A stretch of DNA of 64,000 nucleotides. Source: an uncultured Flavobacteriaceae bacterium. GTDB taxonomy: Bacteria > Bacteroidota > Bacteroidia > Flavobacteriales > Flavobacteriaceae. Below are positions 39,182 to 48,391 of the stretch, piece after piece. Under the pieces are notes generated by a model. That model was not told the DNA's origin. It saw nothing but the letters and a program-made list of their open reading frames with translations, and made no database searches. The stretch's first letter is position 1. The number at the start of each line of letters is the position of its first letter. Position numbers and translations under genes: made by a program. The stretch covers positions 230-64,229 of the forward strand of contig CALDUF010000057.1 in the NCBI GenBank assembly GCA_937923515.1, in the 5' to 3' direction.

Positions 39182-40453
39182 TTGTTTGATTATAAATTAG
39201 GTCTAGATTTTGCCTTAAAACAAGACCAAGACGACCCGTTACGCGCCTATCGTCATCAATTTCATATTCCAAAAGATTCAAAAAATAATCACTTGATTTA
39301 CATGACAGGTAACTCACTAGGGTTGCAACCTAAACACACTAAAAGTTACGTAAACCAAGAGCTCGAAGATTGGGCAACTCTAGGGGTTGAAGGGCATTTT
39401 GAAGCTAAAAACCCATGGTTAGGTTATCATGAATTATTAACTAAAGCAATGGCTAACGTTGTAGGCGCAAAACCTATTGAAACCATAGTGATGAATACAC
39501 TAACAGCAAATTTGCATTTTATGATGGTGTCCTTTTATCAACCTACCAAAACACGTTATAAAATAGTAATTGAAAGTGATGCGTTTCCTTCAGACAAGTA
39601 TGCTGTAGAGTCGCAATTAAGACACCATGGTTTTGATGAAAAAGAAGGCGTAATACTTTGGAAACCACGTAAAGGTGAAACACTTTTAAATTATGAAGAT
39701 TTAGAAGCGATTTTAGACCACCAAGGTGATGAAATTGCCTTAATTATGATTGGAGGCGTTAACTACTATACCGGTCAATTTTTTGACTTAAAACGCATTG
39801 CTACACTTGGGCATAAACATAAGTGTGTTGTGGGTTTTGACTGTGCACATGGCGCTGGTAATGTACAATTAAATTTACACGACTCTGGTGCAGACTTTGC
39901 CGTTTGGTGTACTTATAAATATTTAAATGCTGGTCCTGGAAGTTTAGCAGGCTGTTTTGTACACGAAAGGCATGCGTATAGGACAGATTTAAACCGATTT
40001 ACAGGGTGGTGGAGCCACAATAAAGCAACGCGTTTTAATATGCGCGGTGAGTTTGATCAGTTACCTGGTGCAGAGGGTTGGCAACTTAGTAACCCGCCAA
40101 TTTTGTCTATGGCTGCTATAAAAGCGTCGCTAGATATGTTTGCTGAAGTTGGTATGGAAAAACTAACCGCCAAATCTAAAAAGCTAACGGGTTACTTTGA
40201 GTTTTTACTAAAAGCTTTAGGTGAAGATGTGATTAGAATTATTACGCCAAATAACCCTAATGCGCGTGGATGCCAATTGTCTATTCAGGTTAAAAATGCA
40301 GACAAATTATTGCATAAAAAACTAACCAAAGCTGGGGTTGTTAGCGATTGGAGAGCACCCGATGTAATTAGGTGCGCACCTACACCTTTTTATAATTCGT
40401 TTGAAGATGTGTACCGATTGGTTGAAAAGTTGAAAGCTATTTTGAATGAGTAA
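39182..40453 (+). CDS. kynU: Kynureninase
   Basis: GNSLGLQP, FPSDKY, DCAHGAGN, WCTYKYLNAGPG and RGCQLS motifs; probable TTG start at 39182. Confidence 0.96.
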   Translation: MFDYKLGLDFALKQDQDDPLRAYRHQFHIPKDSKNNHLIYMTGNSLGLQPKHTKSYVNQELEDWATLGVEGHFEAKNPWLGYHELLTKAMANVVGAKPIETIVMNTLTANLHFMMVSFYQPTKTRYKIVIESDAFPSDKYAVESQLRHHGFDEKEGVILWKPRKGETLLNYEDLEAILDHQGDEIALIMIGGVNYYTGQFFDLKRIATLGHKHKCVVGFDCAHGAGNVQLNLHDSGADFAVWCTYKYLNAGPGSLAGCFVHERHAYRTDLNRFTGWWSHNKATRFNMRGEFDQLPGAEGWQLSNPPILSMAAIKASLDMFAEVGMEKLTAKSKKLTGYFEFLLKALGEDVIRIITPNNPNARGCQLSIQVKNADKLLHKKLTKAGVVSDWRAPDVIRCAPTPFYNSFEDVYRLVEKLKAILNE

Positions 40454-40575
40454 AATATTAATCGGTAAAGAATTGGGTAAATTAATAAATCGAATCCGAA
40501 ATTAATTCGAAGCATTAAACACCAAAACGTACATGGATATATCTGTATTCTTAGGACGCAACGGAAAGACAAATA

Positions 40576-41979
40576 ATGAAAGAAAAACAACAAAACATAG
40601 TAATTATAGGCGCAGGACTGTGTGGTTCGCTGCTAGCCTTACGTTTAGGGCAAAGAGGTTACAACGTTACGGTTTACGAAATGCGTCCAGACCTAAGAAC
40701 AGTAGATATTAGTGCTGGTCGTTCTATAAATTTAGCATTTTCAGATAGAGGCAATAAGGCGATGCAATTAGTTGGACTTGACAACCAGGTTAAAGCACTT
40801 TGTATCCCTATGCACGGCCGTATGATTCATGACGCTAAAGGCAACACCTTTCAATCTAATTATAGTGGAAGAGATCATGAATACATTAATTCCATTTCTC
40901 GTGGCGATTTAAACGCACTCCTGCTAGATGAAGCTGAAAAGCACGAGAATGTCACCATTCAATTTAATAAAAAATGTACATCAGTAGACTTTAAAACCAC
41001 TACAGCCATTTTTAAAGAGTACCACACAAAAAAAGATATAGTTGTAACTAATGCTGATGTGATTATAGCGACAGACGGCGCCGGTTCCGCTTTGCGAAAA
41101 AGCTATTATTTAGGCAAATCGTTTTTATTTAGTTTCTCTCAAAATTACCTGTCGCATGGTTATAAAGAGTTGAGTATTTTACCCGAAGATAACGGTGGAT
41201 ATAAAATAAACAAAAATGCTTTACACATTTGGCCACGAGGTAGTTTTATGTTAATAGCCTTACCAAATTTAGATGGTAGCTTTACAGTAACTCTTTTTTT
41301 AAGTTATGCTGAAGGTGTCTATAATTTTAACAACTTAACCAATGAGAACATAGTCTTAGAATTTTTTCAAAAAGAATTTCCTGATGCGCTGGCGGTAATG
41401 CCAAATCTTGTTAGCGATTTTTTTGAAAACCCAACCGCACCTTTGGGCACCATAAAATGTTCGCCTTGGCATTACAAAGGCAACACGTTACTAATGGGAG
41501 ATGCAGCACATGCCATTGTACCATTTTATGGCCAAGGTATGAATGCATCTTTTGAAGATGTTGTTGAGTTTGACGCTGCTTTAGACAAGCAACTTAATAC
41601 TTGGGAAGATACGTTTAAAGCTTACGAGAGCTGTCGAAAACTAGATACTGATGCAATTGCAGATTTAGCTATAGATAATTTTCATGAAATGAAAGACCAT
41701 GTGGCAAATCCTATATTTCAAGAAAAGCGAAAAATTGAAATGGCTTTAGAAAAAACGTTTCCAGACGCCTATGCATCAAAATACAGTTTAGTAACCTTTA
41801 ACGAGAATATTGGCTACCGTGAGGCTATGTTGCGAGGGCGCGCGCAAGACAAAGCCATTTTAAATATGATATCGGATGGTGTTATTTCGATTTCTGAAGA
41901 TATTAATGTAATTTTCGAGAAGGTGAAAAAAGAGACTGAAGCCATTTTAGAAGATAATAAAGTTGCAGGATTGCACTAA
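40576..41979 (+). CDS. kmo: Kynurenine 3-monooxygenase
   Basis: GAGLCG, GRSINLA, ALHIWPRG and GDAAHAIVPFYGQGMN motifs. Confidence 0.94.
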   Translation: MKEKQQNIVIIGAGLCGSLLALRLGQRGYNVTVYEMRPDLRTVDISAGRSINLAFSDRGNKAMQLVGLDNQVKALCIPMHGRMIHDAKGNTFQSNYSGRDHEYINSISRGDLNALLLDEAEKHENVTIQFNKKCTSVDFKTTTAIFKEYHTKKDIVVTNADVIIATDGAGSALRKSYYLGKSFLFSFSQNYLSHGYKELSILPEDNGGYKINKNALHIWPRGSFMLIALPNLDGSFTVTLFLSYAEGVYNFNNLTNENIVLEFFQKEFPDALAVMPNLVSDFFENPTAPLGTIKCSPWHYKGNTLLMGDAAHAIVPFYGQGMNASFEDVVEFDAALDKQLNTWEDTFKAYESCRKLDTDAIADLAIDNFHEMKDHVANPIFQEKRKIEMALEKTFPDAYASKYSLVTFNENIGYREAMLRGRAQDKAILNMISDGVISISEDINVIFEKVKKETEAILEDNKVAGLH

Positions 41980-42019
41980 GTTTATAGTCTCTTATTAAAA
42001 ATTAACCAACCAACTTACA

Positions 42020-42802
42020 ATGAATCTTAATTTAAAAAACAAAAATGCATTAGTTTGTGGCAGCACCCAAGGTATAGGAAAAGCTACGGCAATAGCACTA
42101 GCCGAAGAAGGTGTAAATGTAACATTAGTAGCTAGGAATAGAGAAAAACTTAAGGCTGTTTTAGCAGAACTACCGCACCCAGAAAACCACAGCCATATTG
42201 TGGCCGATTTTTTAAACCCAAGAGATTTACAAGAACAGGTTATTAAGTTTGTTGAAAAACAACACGGTTTTCACATTGTAATAAATAATACCGGCGGACC
42301 CGCTAGTGGGGAAATTATAAATGCTAGTTTAGAAGCTTTTGAAAACGCATTTACTATGCACTTAAAATGCAGTCATCTCTTAGCTCAAGCTACCGTTCCT
42401 TTTATGAAAGCACAAGGGTTTGGTAGAATTATAAATGTAATTTCCACATCTGTTAAAGAACCTATTCCTAGACTTGGCGTAAGCAACACCATAAGAGGTG
42501 CCGTTGGTAATTGGGGAAAAACATTAGCTACCGAGGTTGCAGCATTTGGCATTACTGTAAATAACGTATTACCTGGTTTTACAGATACAGAACGGTTAAC
42601 TGAAATTATTACCATAAAAGCGAAATTAGAAGATACTACTATTGCCGAAATGACCGAAATTATGAAAAACTACACGCCTGCCAAACGCTTTGCCCAACCT
42701 GAGGAAACAGCAAATGCCATAGTTTTTTTAGCAAGTGATGCTGCTGGTTATATTAATGGTGTAAATCTTCCTGTGGATGGCGGAAGAACCAAATCTTTGT
42801 AA
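42020..42802 (+). CDS. Atypical SDR oxidoreductase in the kynurenine cluster
   Basis: CGSTQGIG Rossmann motif, NNTGGP, SNTIR in place of YxxxK, VDGG. Confidence 0.88.
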   Translation: MNLNLKNKNALVCGSTQGIGKATAIALAEEGVNVTLVARNREKLKAVLAELPHPENHSHIVADFLNPRDLQEQVIKFVEKQHGFHIVINNTGGPASGEIINASLEAFENAFTMHLKCSHLLAQATVPFMKAQGFGRIINVISTSVKEPIPRLGVSNTIRGAVGNWGKTLATEVAAFGITVNNVLPGFTDTERLTEIITIKAKLEDTTIAEMTEIMKNYTPAKRFAQPEETANAIVFLASDAAGYINGVNLPVDGGRTKSL

Positions 42803-42860
42803 TTTTTACAAGCCTAATTTATCTCAAGACAGTAGGTATTTGTATATTTAAGACAAATTC

Positions 42861-42944
42861 TGCGTTAAGGATTGAGGCATTTGTTGAAGCTCCTCGCAGA
42901 GAGCGACTGCCGAAAGCCTGACCCCTTGTGGGTAACGCCCAAAA
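42861..42944 (+). ncRNA. Compact Flavo-1-like element, copy 3
   Basis: TGCGTTAAGGATTG...GAAAGCCTGACCC...GGGTAACGCCCAAAA; outer stems match copy 2, central arm differs. Confidence 0.72.
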
Positions 42945-42955
42945 CATTAAATAAC

Positions 42956-43489
42956 ATGAGCAATATAGTATCTCCTATAAACTTTAAGGCTTGGATTGAA
43001 GAAAACCGCCATCTACTAAAACCACCCGTGGGCAACAAGGTAGTTTGGAAAGATGCAGATTTTATAGTGATGGTAGTTGGTGGCCCTAATAGCAGAAAAG
43101 ATTATCATTATAACGAAACACCAGAATTTTTCTATCAAGTTGAAGGCGATATTGTATTGAAAATTATTGATAATGGCACGCCAAAAGATGTACACATTAA
43201 AGAAGGAGATATTTATCTGTTACCTCCAAAAGTACCACATTCACCTCAACGAGGGCCAAACACTGTAGGTTTAGTGATTGAATACAAAAGACCAAAAGGC
43301 ATGAAAGATGCACTACTTTGGTTTTGCGAAAATTGCACCACCAAACTGTACGAAGAAGATTTTACATTGGATAATATTGAGAGCGATATGCCAAAAATTT
43401 TTGATGCCTACTATAATGATACTAGCAAACGTAGTTGCCCTAATTGCGGTGCGGTGATGCAACCGCCCAAAAAGGTTAAGGTTGAATAA
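42956..43489 (+). CDS. nbaC: 3-hydroxyanthranilate 3,4-dioxygenase
   Basis: LKPPVGN, GGPNSRKDYH, PHSPQR and two CxxC motifs; true start ATG 42956. Confidence 0.95.
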   Translation: MSNIVSPINFKAWIEENRHLLKPPVGNKVVWKDADFIVMVVGGPNSRKDYHYNETPEFFYQVEGDIVLKIIDNGTPKDVHIKEGDIYLLPPKVPHSPQRGPNTVGLVIEYKRPKGMKDALLWFCENCTTKLYEEDFTLDNIESDMPKIFDAYYNDTSKRSCPNCGAVMQPPKKVKVE

Positions 43490-43614
43490 CGGTATTAAAT
43501 TTTAAGTAAAAGGGCTTTCGCTTTAAAATTAAAACGTAATGAGATGCTTATTAAAGCTTAATCGCAGTACTTTCAATACATCATACTCTATCTGAGTAAT
43601 GCACAGCTTCATCT

Positions 43615-44703
43615 ATGAAAGAAAAACGAAAACTTAGAATTAACGGTCATTCGCACTTACTGCCTTACCCAGAAGAAATACCTGAATTTATGCGTGAAAA
43701 AGGGATTTTTTGGGTGGATAAAGACAGAAAGTTTATGCTGCAAAAAGGGTGGAAACGCCCTGTAACAGATTCTAGTTTTTTTCTAAATGAAAAACTTGCA
43801 TGGATGGAACGCAATAAGCTAGACCATGCAGTGGTACTAAATTTATCTCAGCTTTACGGTAACGGTTTACGCGTAGAAGAGATGAAAAAAGCATTGCGGT
43901 TTCAAAATGATTTCAATGCGCGTGTACAACATGATAACCCTGGTAGATTTACTTGTGGTTTTGTAGTACATCCTGGTTTTATAAGAAGTGCTTGTTGGGA
44001 AATTGAACGTTGCGTTGAAACTTTAGGTATGCGCTTATTGTGCCTTCCTACACACTATATGGATACTATTGGTACTTGGCGCTGCATTTTTGATGAAGAG
44101 AACGAACCCCTTTTTGAATTGGCAAACGCCTATAACCTTGCCGTAGAAATACATCCATACGATGGTGAAAAATTTATAAAACTAGAAAATACCTCGTGGC
44201 GGTTTCACCTTATTTGGATGCTAGCACAATGTGCAGACGCGTACCATTTTTTAACTTTAAATGGATATCAAGAAAAATTTCCAAATATGCGTACGTGTTT
44301 TGCTCATGGCGGACAATTGGCTCAAATAAACTTAGGGAGACGCATTCAAGGTTTTGATGGTAGACCAGATTTGTTTGAAGGCAAGCATCATCCTAGAAAA
44401 GCGGTTGGTCATAAGAATATTTTCTTTGATACGCTTGTACACGACACTGGCGGATTAGAATTATTAATACGAAACCATGGTGCAAAACAAGTACTAATGG
44501 GACTAGACGACCCGTATCCTTTAGGAGAAATGGAAAGTGAACCCCAATCCTCCTATCCAGGAAAACTTTTAGATTTAGCAATTGAACGCCAAATTATTAC
44601 TGAAAATGAATATGATGCCATCTGGGAAAATAACGTATTACAATGGTTATTTGGGAATGATGAGATTGGAAAAGAAAAACTCATAACAACCATTCTATCC
44701 TAA
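43615..44703 (+). CDS. Amidohydrolase, probable 2-amino-3-carboxymuconate-6-semialdehyde decarboxylase (ACMSD)
   Basis: HSH metal motif, HP, AHGG, DTLVHD and GLDDPYPLG; follows nbaC. Confidence 0.82.
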   Translation: MKEKRKLRINGHSHLLPYPEEIPEFMREKGIFWVDKDRKFMLQKGWKRPVTDSSFFLNEKLAWMERNKLDHAVVLNLSQLYGNGLRVEEMKKALRFQNDFNARVQHDNPGRFTCGFVVHPGFIRSACWEIERCVETLGMRLLCLPTHYMDTIGTWRCIFDEENEPLFELANAYNLAVEIHPYDGEKFIKLENTSWRFHLIWMLAQCADAYHFLTLNGYQEKFPNMRTCFAHGGQLAQINLGRRIQGFDGRPDLFEGKHHPRKAVGHKNIFFDTLVHDTGGLELLIRNHGAKQVLMGLDDPYPLGEMESEPQSSYPGKLLDLAIERQIITENEYDAIWENNVLQWLFGNDEIGKEKLITTILS

Positions 44704-44933
44704 AGATGGTGTTTTAAAAAGTAACGTGTCGCTTTAAACTTAGCCTTTATTGCCAAAAAACAGGATAAATAGCTCTAGAAATTATAGGTTGTTTTTAGTA
44801 CTAATAAAATAATTGGTGGTACAACCAGACATTCTATTTCTAAGCATACGGCAACAAAAGTAGCGGGATAATTTTCTAAATATGTTTTATTTTAAGCTAA
44901 CTTTGTTGCAGTTAAAAAACAAAGCATCTGTAT

Positions 44934-45581
44934 ATGCACTTTATTCCAGAAGCATTAGATAATTACGTGGTGGCACACTCTGAAGATGAGCCAGAGTTGC
45001 TACAGCAATTAACACGAGAAACCTACCAAAAGATTTTACAACCTAGAATGTTAAGCGGGCACTACCAAGGTAGAGTTTTAAGCATTATATCTAAGCTGGT
45101 TAATCCAAAACATATTTTAGAGATAGGCACCTATACTGGTTATTCTGCACTATGTTTAGCAGAAGGCATGCAGCGCAATGGTGCACTTCATACCATAGAT
45201 ATTAATGAAGAATTAGTTGATTTTCAAAGAAAATATTTTGATACGTCTAATTATGGGCATCAAATTCACCAACACCTTGGGAATGCTTTAGATATAATAC
45301 CAAAATTAAATAGCAGTTTTGATTTGGTGTTTATTGATGCCGATAAGGATAACTACGCCAATTATTTTAATATTATTATAGACAAATTAAATCCTGGAGG
45401 TATTATTTTATCGGATAACGTACTCTGGAGTGGCAAAATTTTAGACACTACGTTTAAAAAAGAAGATACTGCCACCCCAGCATTAATAGCCTATAATAGA
45501 TTACTGAAAGAAGACCCTCGAGTTGAGACCGTATTGCTTCCTATTCGCGACGGCCTTACCATTAGCAGAAAAATATTTTAA
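44934..45581 (+). CDS. O-methyltransferase (caffeoyl-CoA OMT/TrmR-like)
   Basis: LEIGTYTGYS, FIDADK, DNVLWSG and PIRDG motifs. Confidence 0.9.
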   Translation: MHFIPEALDNYVVAHSEDEPELLQQLTRETYQKILQPRMLSGHYQGRVLSIISKLVNPKHILEIGTYTGYSALCLAEGMQRNGALHTIDINEELVDFQRKYFDTSNYGHQIHQHLGNALDIIPKLNSSFDLVFIDADKDNYANYFNIIIDKLNPGGIILSDNVLWSGKILDTTFKKEDTATPALIAYNRLLKEDPRVETVLLPIRDGLTISRKIF

Positions 45582-47887
45582 GAGGCTATTGTTAGTGTTA
45601 CTTCATCATTATAAGTATCGTCTTCTTGTACTTTATCTTTTAATAGTTTAGCATTTTGGATATTCTGAGAGATCGTTTGATGAAATTCATAATTATCAAA
45701 CGGCTTAATAATAATATCGTTAAAACCAATAGCAATACAATCCTCTTTTATCTCGTCAATATCGGCAGCAGTTAAGGCTATAATTGGTGTAATTGCATCA
45801 AACTGTCTAATTACCTTTGTAGCATCATTACCATTCATTATTGGCATATTAATATCCATTAAAATTAAATCATAGTGATTATTTTTTATTTCATTAACAG
45901 CTTCTTCTCCATTTTCAACAATAGTACACTCATAGTTATACTTTTTAAGTAAACTCTTTGTCACTACTTGGTTAATTTTATTATCCTCTGCTATTAAAAT
46001 TCTATAACCGCCCTCTTTAACTTTGGAGATAGCTGCTGGTGTAGCATTATCATCAGCATTTATACTCCCTTTAGTTTTATCTATTTCAAAGTCTACGTCA
46101 AAACTTACCTTAGTACCAACATTAACCTTACTTTCTAATTGTATTTCACTATCAAATAGTTTTACTAAGTTTTTGGTGATTGACAAGCCTAAACCAGTAC
46201 CTTGGTAACTTAAATTAGTGTCTTCAACTTGAACAAATTTATCAAAAATGGTATCTAATTTATCTTGCGGAATACCAATACCATCATCTTCTACAATAAA
46301 TCGTAAACCAACTTCATTATCTTTTAAGCTTAATAAATTTGCGCTTAAATTAATTGTACCATTAGTGGTGAACTTTACACTGTTTCCAATTAAATTGATT
46401 AGTATTTGAGATAATCGTATTTTATCACAAACAATATATTCTGGAACCTTATTATCAATAAAAACTTCAATTTTATTATTACTCTCTACCAGTCTGTAGT
46501 TAAATGAATTTACAATATTATCTAACAAATCTTTAATATTAACAGGTACCTTTTTAAGCTCTATTTTATTGGCTTCCATTTTACCTACTTGTAAAATATC
46601 GTTTACTAAATTCAACAAATAATCGCCTGAATACTTTAAGGACTTTACATGTTTTTTATCTGTTGCATTTAATGAATTTTTTTCTAATAATAAAGATGTT
46701 AAACCTACCACACCATATAAAGGCGTTCTTAACTCATGTGAGACATTTGAAATAAACTTACTTTTTAATTCTGAAGATTTAACAGCATGTAATCTTGCAC
46801 TTTCTAACTCTTTATTTTGTTTTCTTAAAACGTTAGTAAGCTTTCGCTTAGACACAAGTCCCATATACACTGAAATTAAACAAATAGTTAAAAGTATAGC
46901 AGTTAAAATCACAACAACATTGATAGTTTTAATGTTTTTAGCTTCTAGTTCTTGATGCAACTGTTCTGCTTTAGCAACTTGAGCTTTGTTTTTATACTCC
47001 TCTAATAATAATTTAGATCTTGTAACATCCTCATTATTCTGCTTCGCTAAGTTGAAAAGTTTATCCTTAAACGTATTATGCGTTAATAGCTCAGCATATG
47101 CTTCTTCTTTCTTATCAATTTCAGATAATGCCTTAGACAATTCTTTATGCACTTTACTCATAATAAAATTGATGGTATAGCTATCAGGATACTCGCTATT
47201 CTCAAGTTTAAAAATAGCAGAGTCAAATTTTGTTATTGCAGTATTAAATAAGCCTTTTTTATTATAGTATATACCAAAAAGATAGTTAGAGTATCCTTGA
47301 TAGTAGTTAGATGCCACATCTGTTTTATTTGATGTAAGCTCTTCAATCATTAACAAATTAATCAAGGCTTTATCTAAATTATTAGAGTTTAAATAAAGTT
47401 CACTTAGTGTTATTCTGATATCTAACAATGTAGCATTACACTTTTTATAAGATTCTGATGTATTACACTTTGCAATATATTTCAATCCCTTTTCTAGATT
47501 TAATATTGATTCTGCAACTAAGTTTTTTTCTTTCTTAATCTTGGCTATGTTAAGATAAGCCTTTGCTGTTAAATTGTTTTCGGCTATTTTTTTAGATTCA
47601 TCTAATGTAACATGGAAACTTTTTTCAGCATGATCAATATCTTCCATGAACATGTAAATTTTTCCTAAATTATAATTTGAAACCGCTATACCATAACAAT
47701 CATCAATAGAGTCTGATAATTTTTTAGCATTATTAAATAACTTGAACGATTCTATTATTTTTTCATCCTTAAGATAGGATTTCGCAGAAGAATTTAAACT
47801 ATCTATTTTATAAATAACATCTCTTTCAGTTTGAGCGTAAGTATAAAAAACACATAACAATAATACTGTTAACAGGTTAGTTTTCAT
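45578..47887 (-). CDS. TPR-sensor hybrid histidine kinase/response regulator (paralog 2)
   Basis: SHELRTPLYG, GTGLGL and receiver LMDINMP; shares SLKxSGDYLL and SQILINLIGNS blocks with paralog 1. Confidence 0.92.
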   Translation of the reverse strand: MKTNLLTVLLLCVFYTYAQTERDVIYKIDSLNSSAKSYLKDEKIIESFKLFNNAKKLSDSIDDCYGIAVSNYNLGKIYMFMEDIDHAEKSFHVTLDESKKIAENNLTAKAYLNIAKIKKEKNLVAESILNLEKGLKYIAKCNTSESYKKCNATLLDIRITLSELYLNSNNLDKALINLLMIEELTSNKTDVASNYYQGYSNYLFGIYYNKKGLFNTAITKFDSAIFKLENSEYPDSYTINFIMSKVHKELSKALSEIDKKEEAYAELLTHNTFKDKLFNLAKQNNEDVTRSKLLLEEYKNKAQVAKAEQLHQELEAKNIKTINVVVILTAILLTICLISVYMGLVSKRKLTNVLRKQNKELESARLHAVKSSELKSKFISNVSHELRTPLYGVVGLTSLLLEKNSLNATDKKHVKSLKYSGDYLLNLVNDILQVGKMEANKIELKKVPVNIKDLLDNIVNSFNYRLVESNNKIEVFIDNKVPEYIVCDKIRLSQILINLIGNSVKFTTNGTINLSANLLSLKDNEVGLRFIVEDDGIGIPQDKLDTIFDKFVQVEDTNLSYQGTGLGLSITKNLVKLFDSEIQLESKVNVGTKVSFDVDFEIDKTKGSINADDNATPAAISKVKEGGYRILIAEDNKINQVVTKSLLKKYNYECTIVENGEEAVNEIKNNHYDLILMDINMPIMNGNDATKVIRQFDAITPIIALTAADIDEIKEDCIAIGFNDIIIKPFDNYEFHQTISQNIQNAKLLKDKVQEDDTYNDEVTLTIAS

Positions 47888-47913
47888 AATAATATGTAAT
47901 AGATTTGGGATTG

Positions 47914-47960
47914 TAAAACTAACCTATGTGTAGAATGAATCTTTAAAATAATCGATAAAA
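47914..47960 (-). promoter_or_regulatory. Putative operator/promoter of hybrid kinase 2
   Basis: Minus strand TTTTATCGAT, TCTA 21 bp later, and TAGTTTTA a further 13 bp on; matches the kinase 1 promoter geometry. Confidence 0.45.
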
Positions 47961-48021
47961 AACAAAAATTGTGTGACCATTGAACGAACAGTCTTAAACG
48001 ACTACCGTTTAACCTATTTAT

Positions 48022-48309
48022 TTACAGTTTACGCTTAACAGAACCTGTAAAATCCTCTAAATCGTCTTTAACTTTGTCTAGTTCTTTTTTTACATCGCTT
48101 GTAATACTGGTATCAATACCACTATTTTCTGCAGTTTTAGTGATTTCGTGTTTAATGTCATTAGTGGCATCTTTAAGTGTGCGCATGCCTTTACCTAATC
48201 CACGAGCAATTTCTGGTAACTTATCTGCTCCAAAAACCATGATAGCGATAAAAAGTATAACGGCTATTTCTGCGCCGCTTATAAATAAAAATGTAGAATA
48301 GTGTATCAC
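48022..48309 (-). CDS. tatA: Twin-arginine translocase TatA/TatB family subunit
   Basis: TM helix, then FGADKLPEIARGLGKG amphipathic helix. Confidence 0.9.
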   Translation of the reverse strand: MIHYSTFLFISGAEIAVILFIAIMVFGADKLPEIARGLGKGMRTLKDATNDIKHEITKTAENSGIDTSITSDVKKELDKVKDDLEDFTGSVKRKL

Positions 48310-48341
48310 GTTACAAATATAGTGAGTTGTTTTGAGAGCAT

Positions 48342-48372
48342 AAAAAAAAGCCGATTTTTTAAAATCGGCTTT
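48342..48372 (-). terminator. Intrinsic terminator after the M1 aminopeptidase
   Basis: A-run AGCCGATTTT-TT-AAAATCGGCTTT. Confidence 0.82.
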
Positions 48373-48391
48373 CAGTTATTTTTAAGGTTTA

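Noticed and set aside
40454-40575. Possible remnant of a four-helix-bundle gene between kynU and kmo (HGYICILRTQRKDK*)
   Set aside because: Only a vague C-terminal resemblance, with no start and too little sequence to support it.
42872-42955. N-terminal extension of nbaC in the ORF track
   Set aside because: It is a translation of element copy 3; homology begins at MSNIV (42956).
38011-45581. Flanking methyltransferases converting picolinate to homarine
   Set aside because: Both belong to widespread families and are separated from the cluster by their own intergenic signals; no sequence evidence for this substrate.
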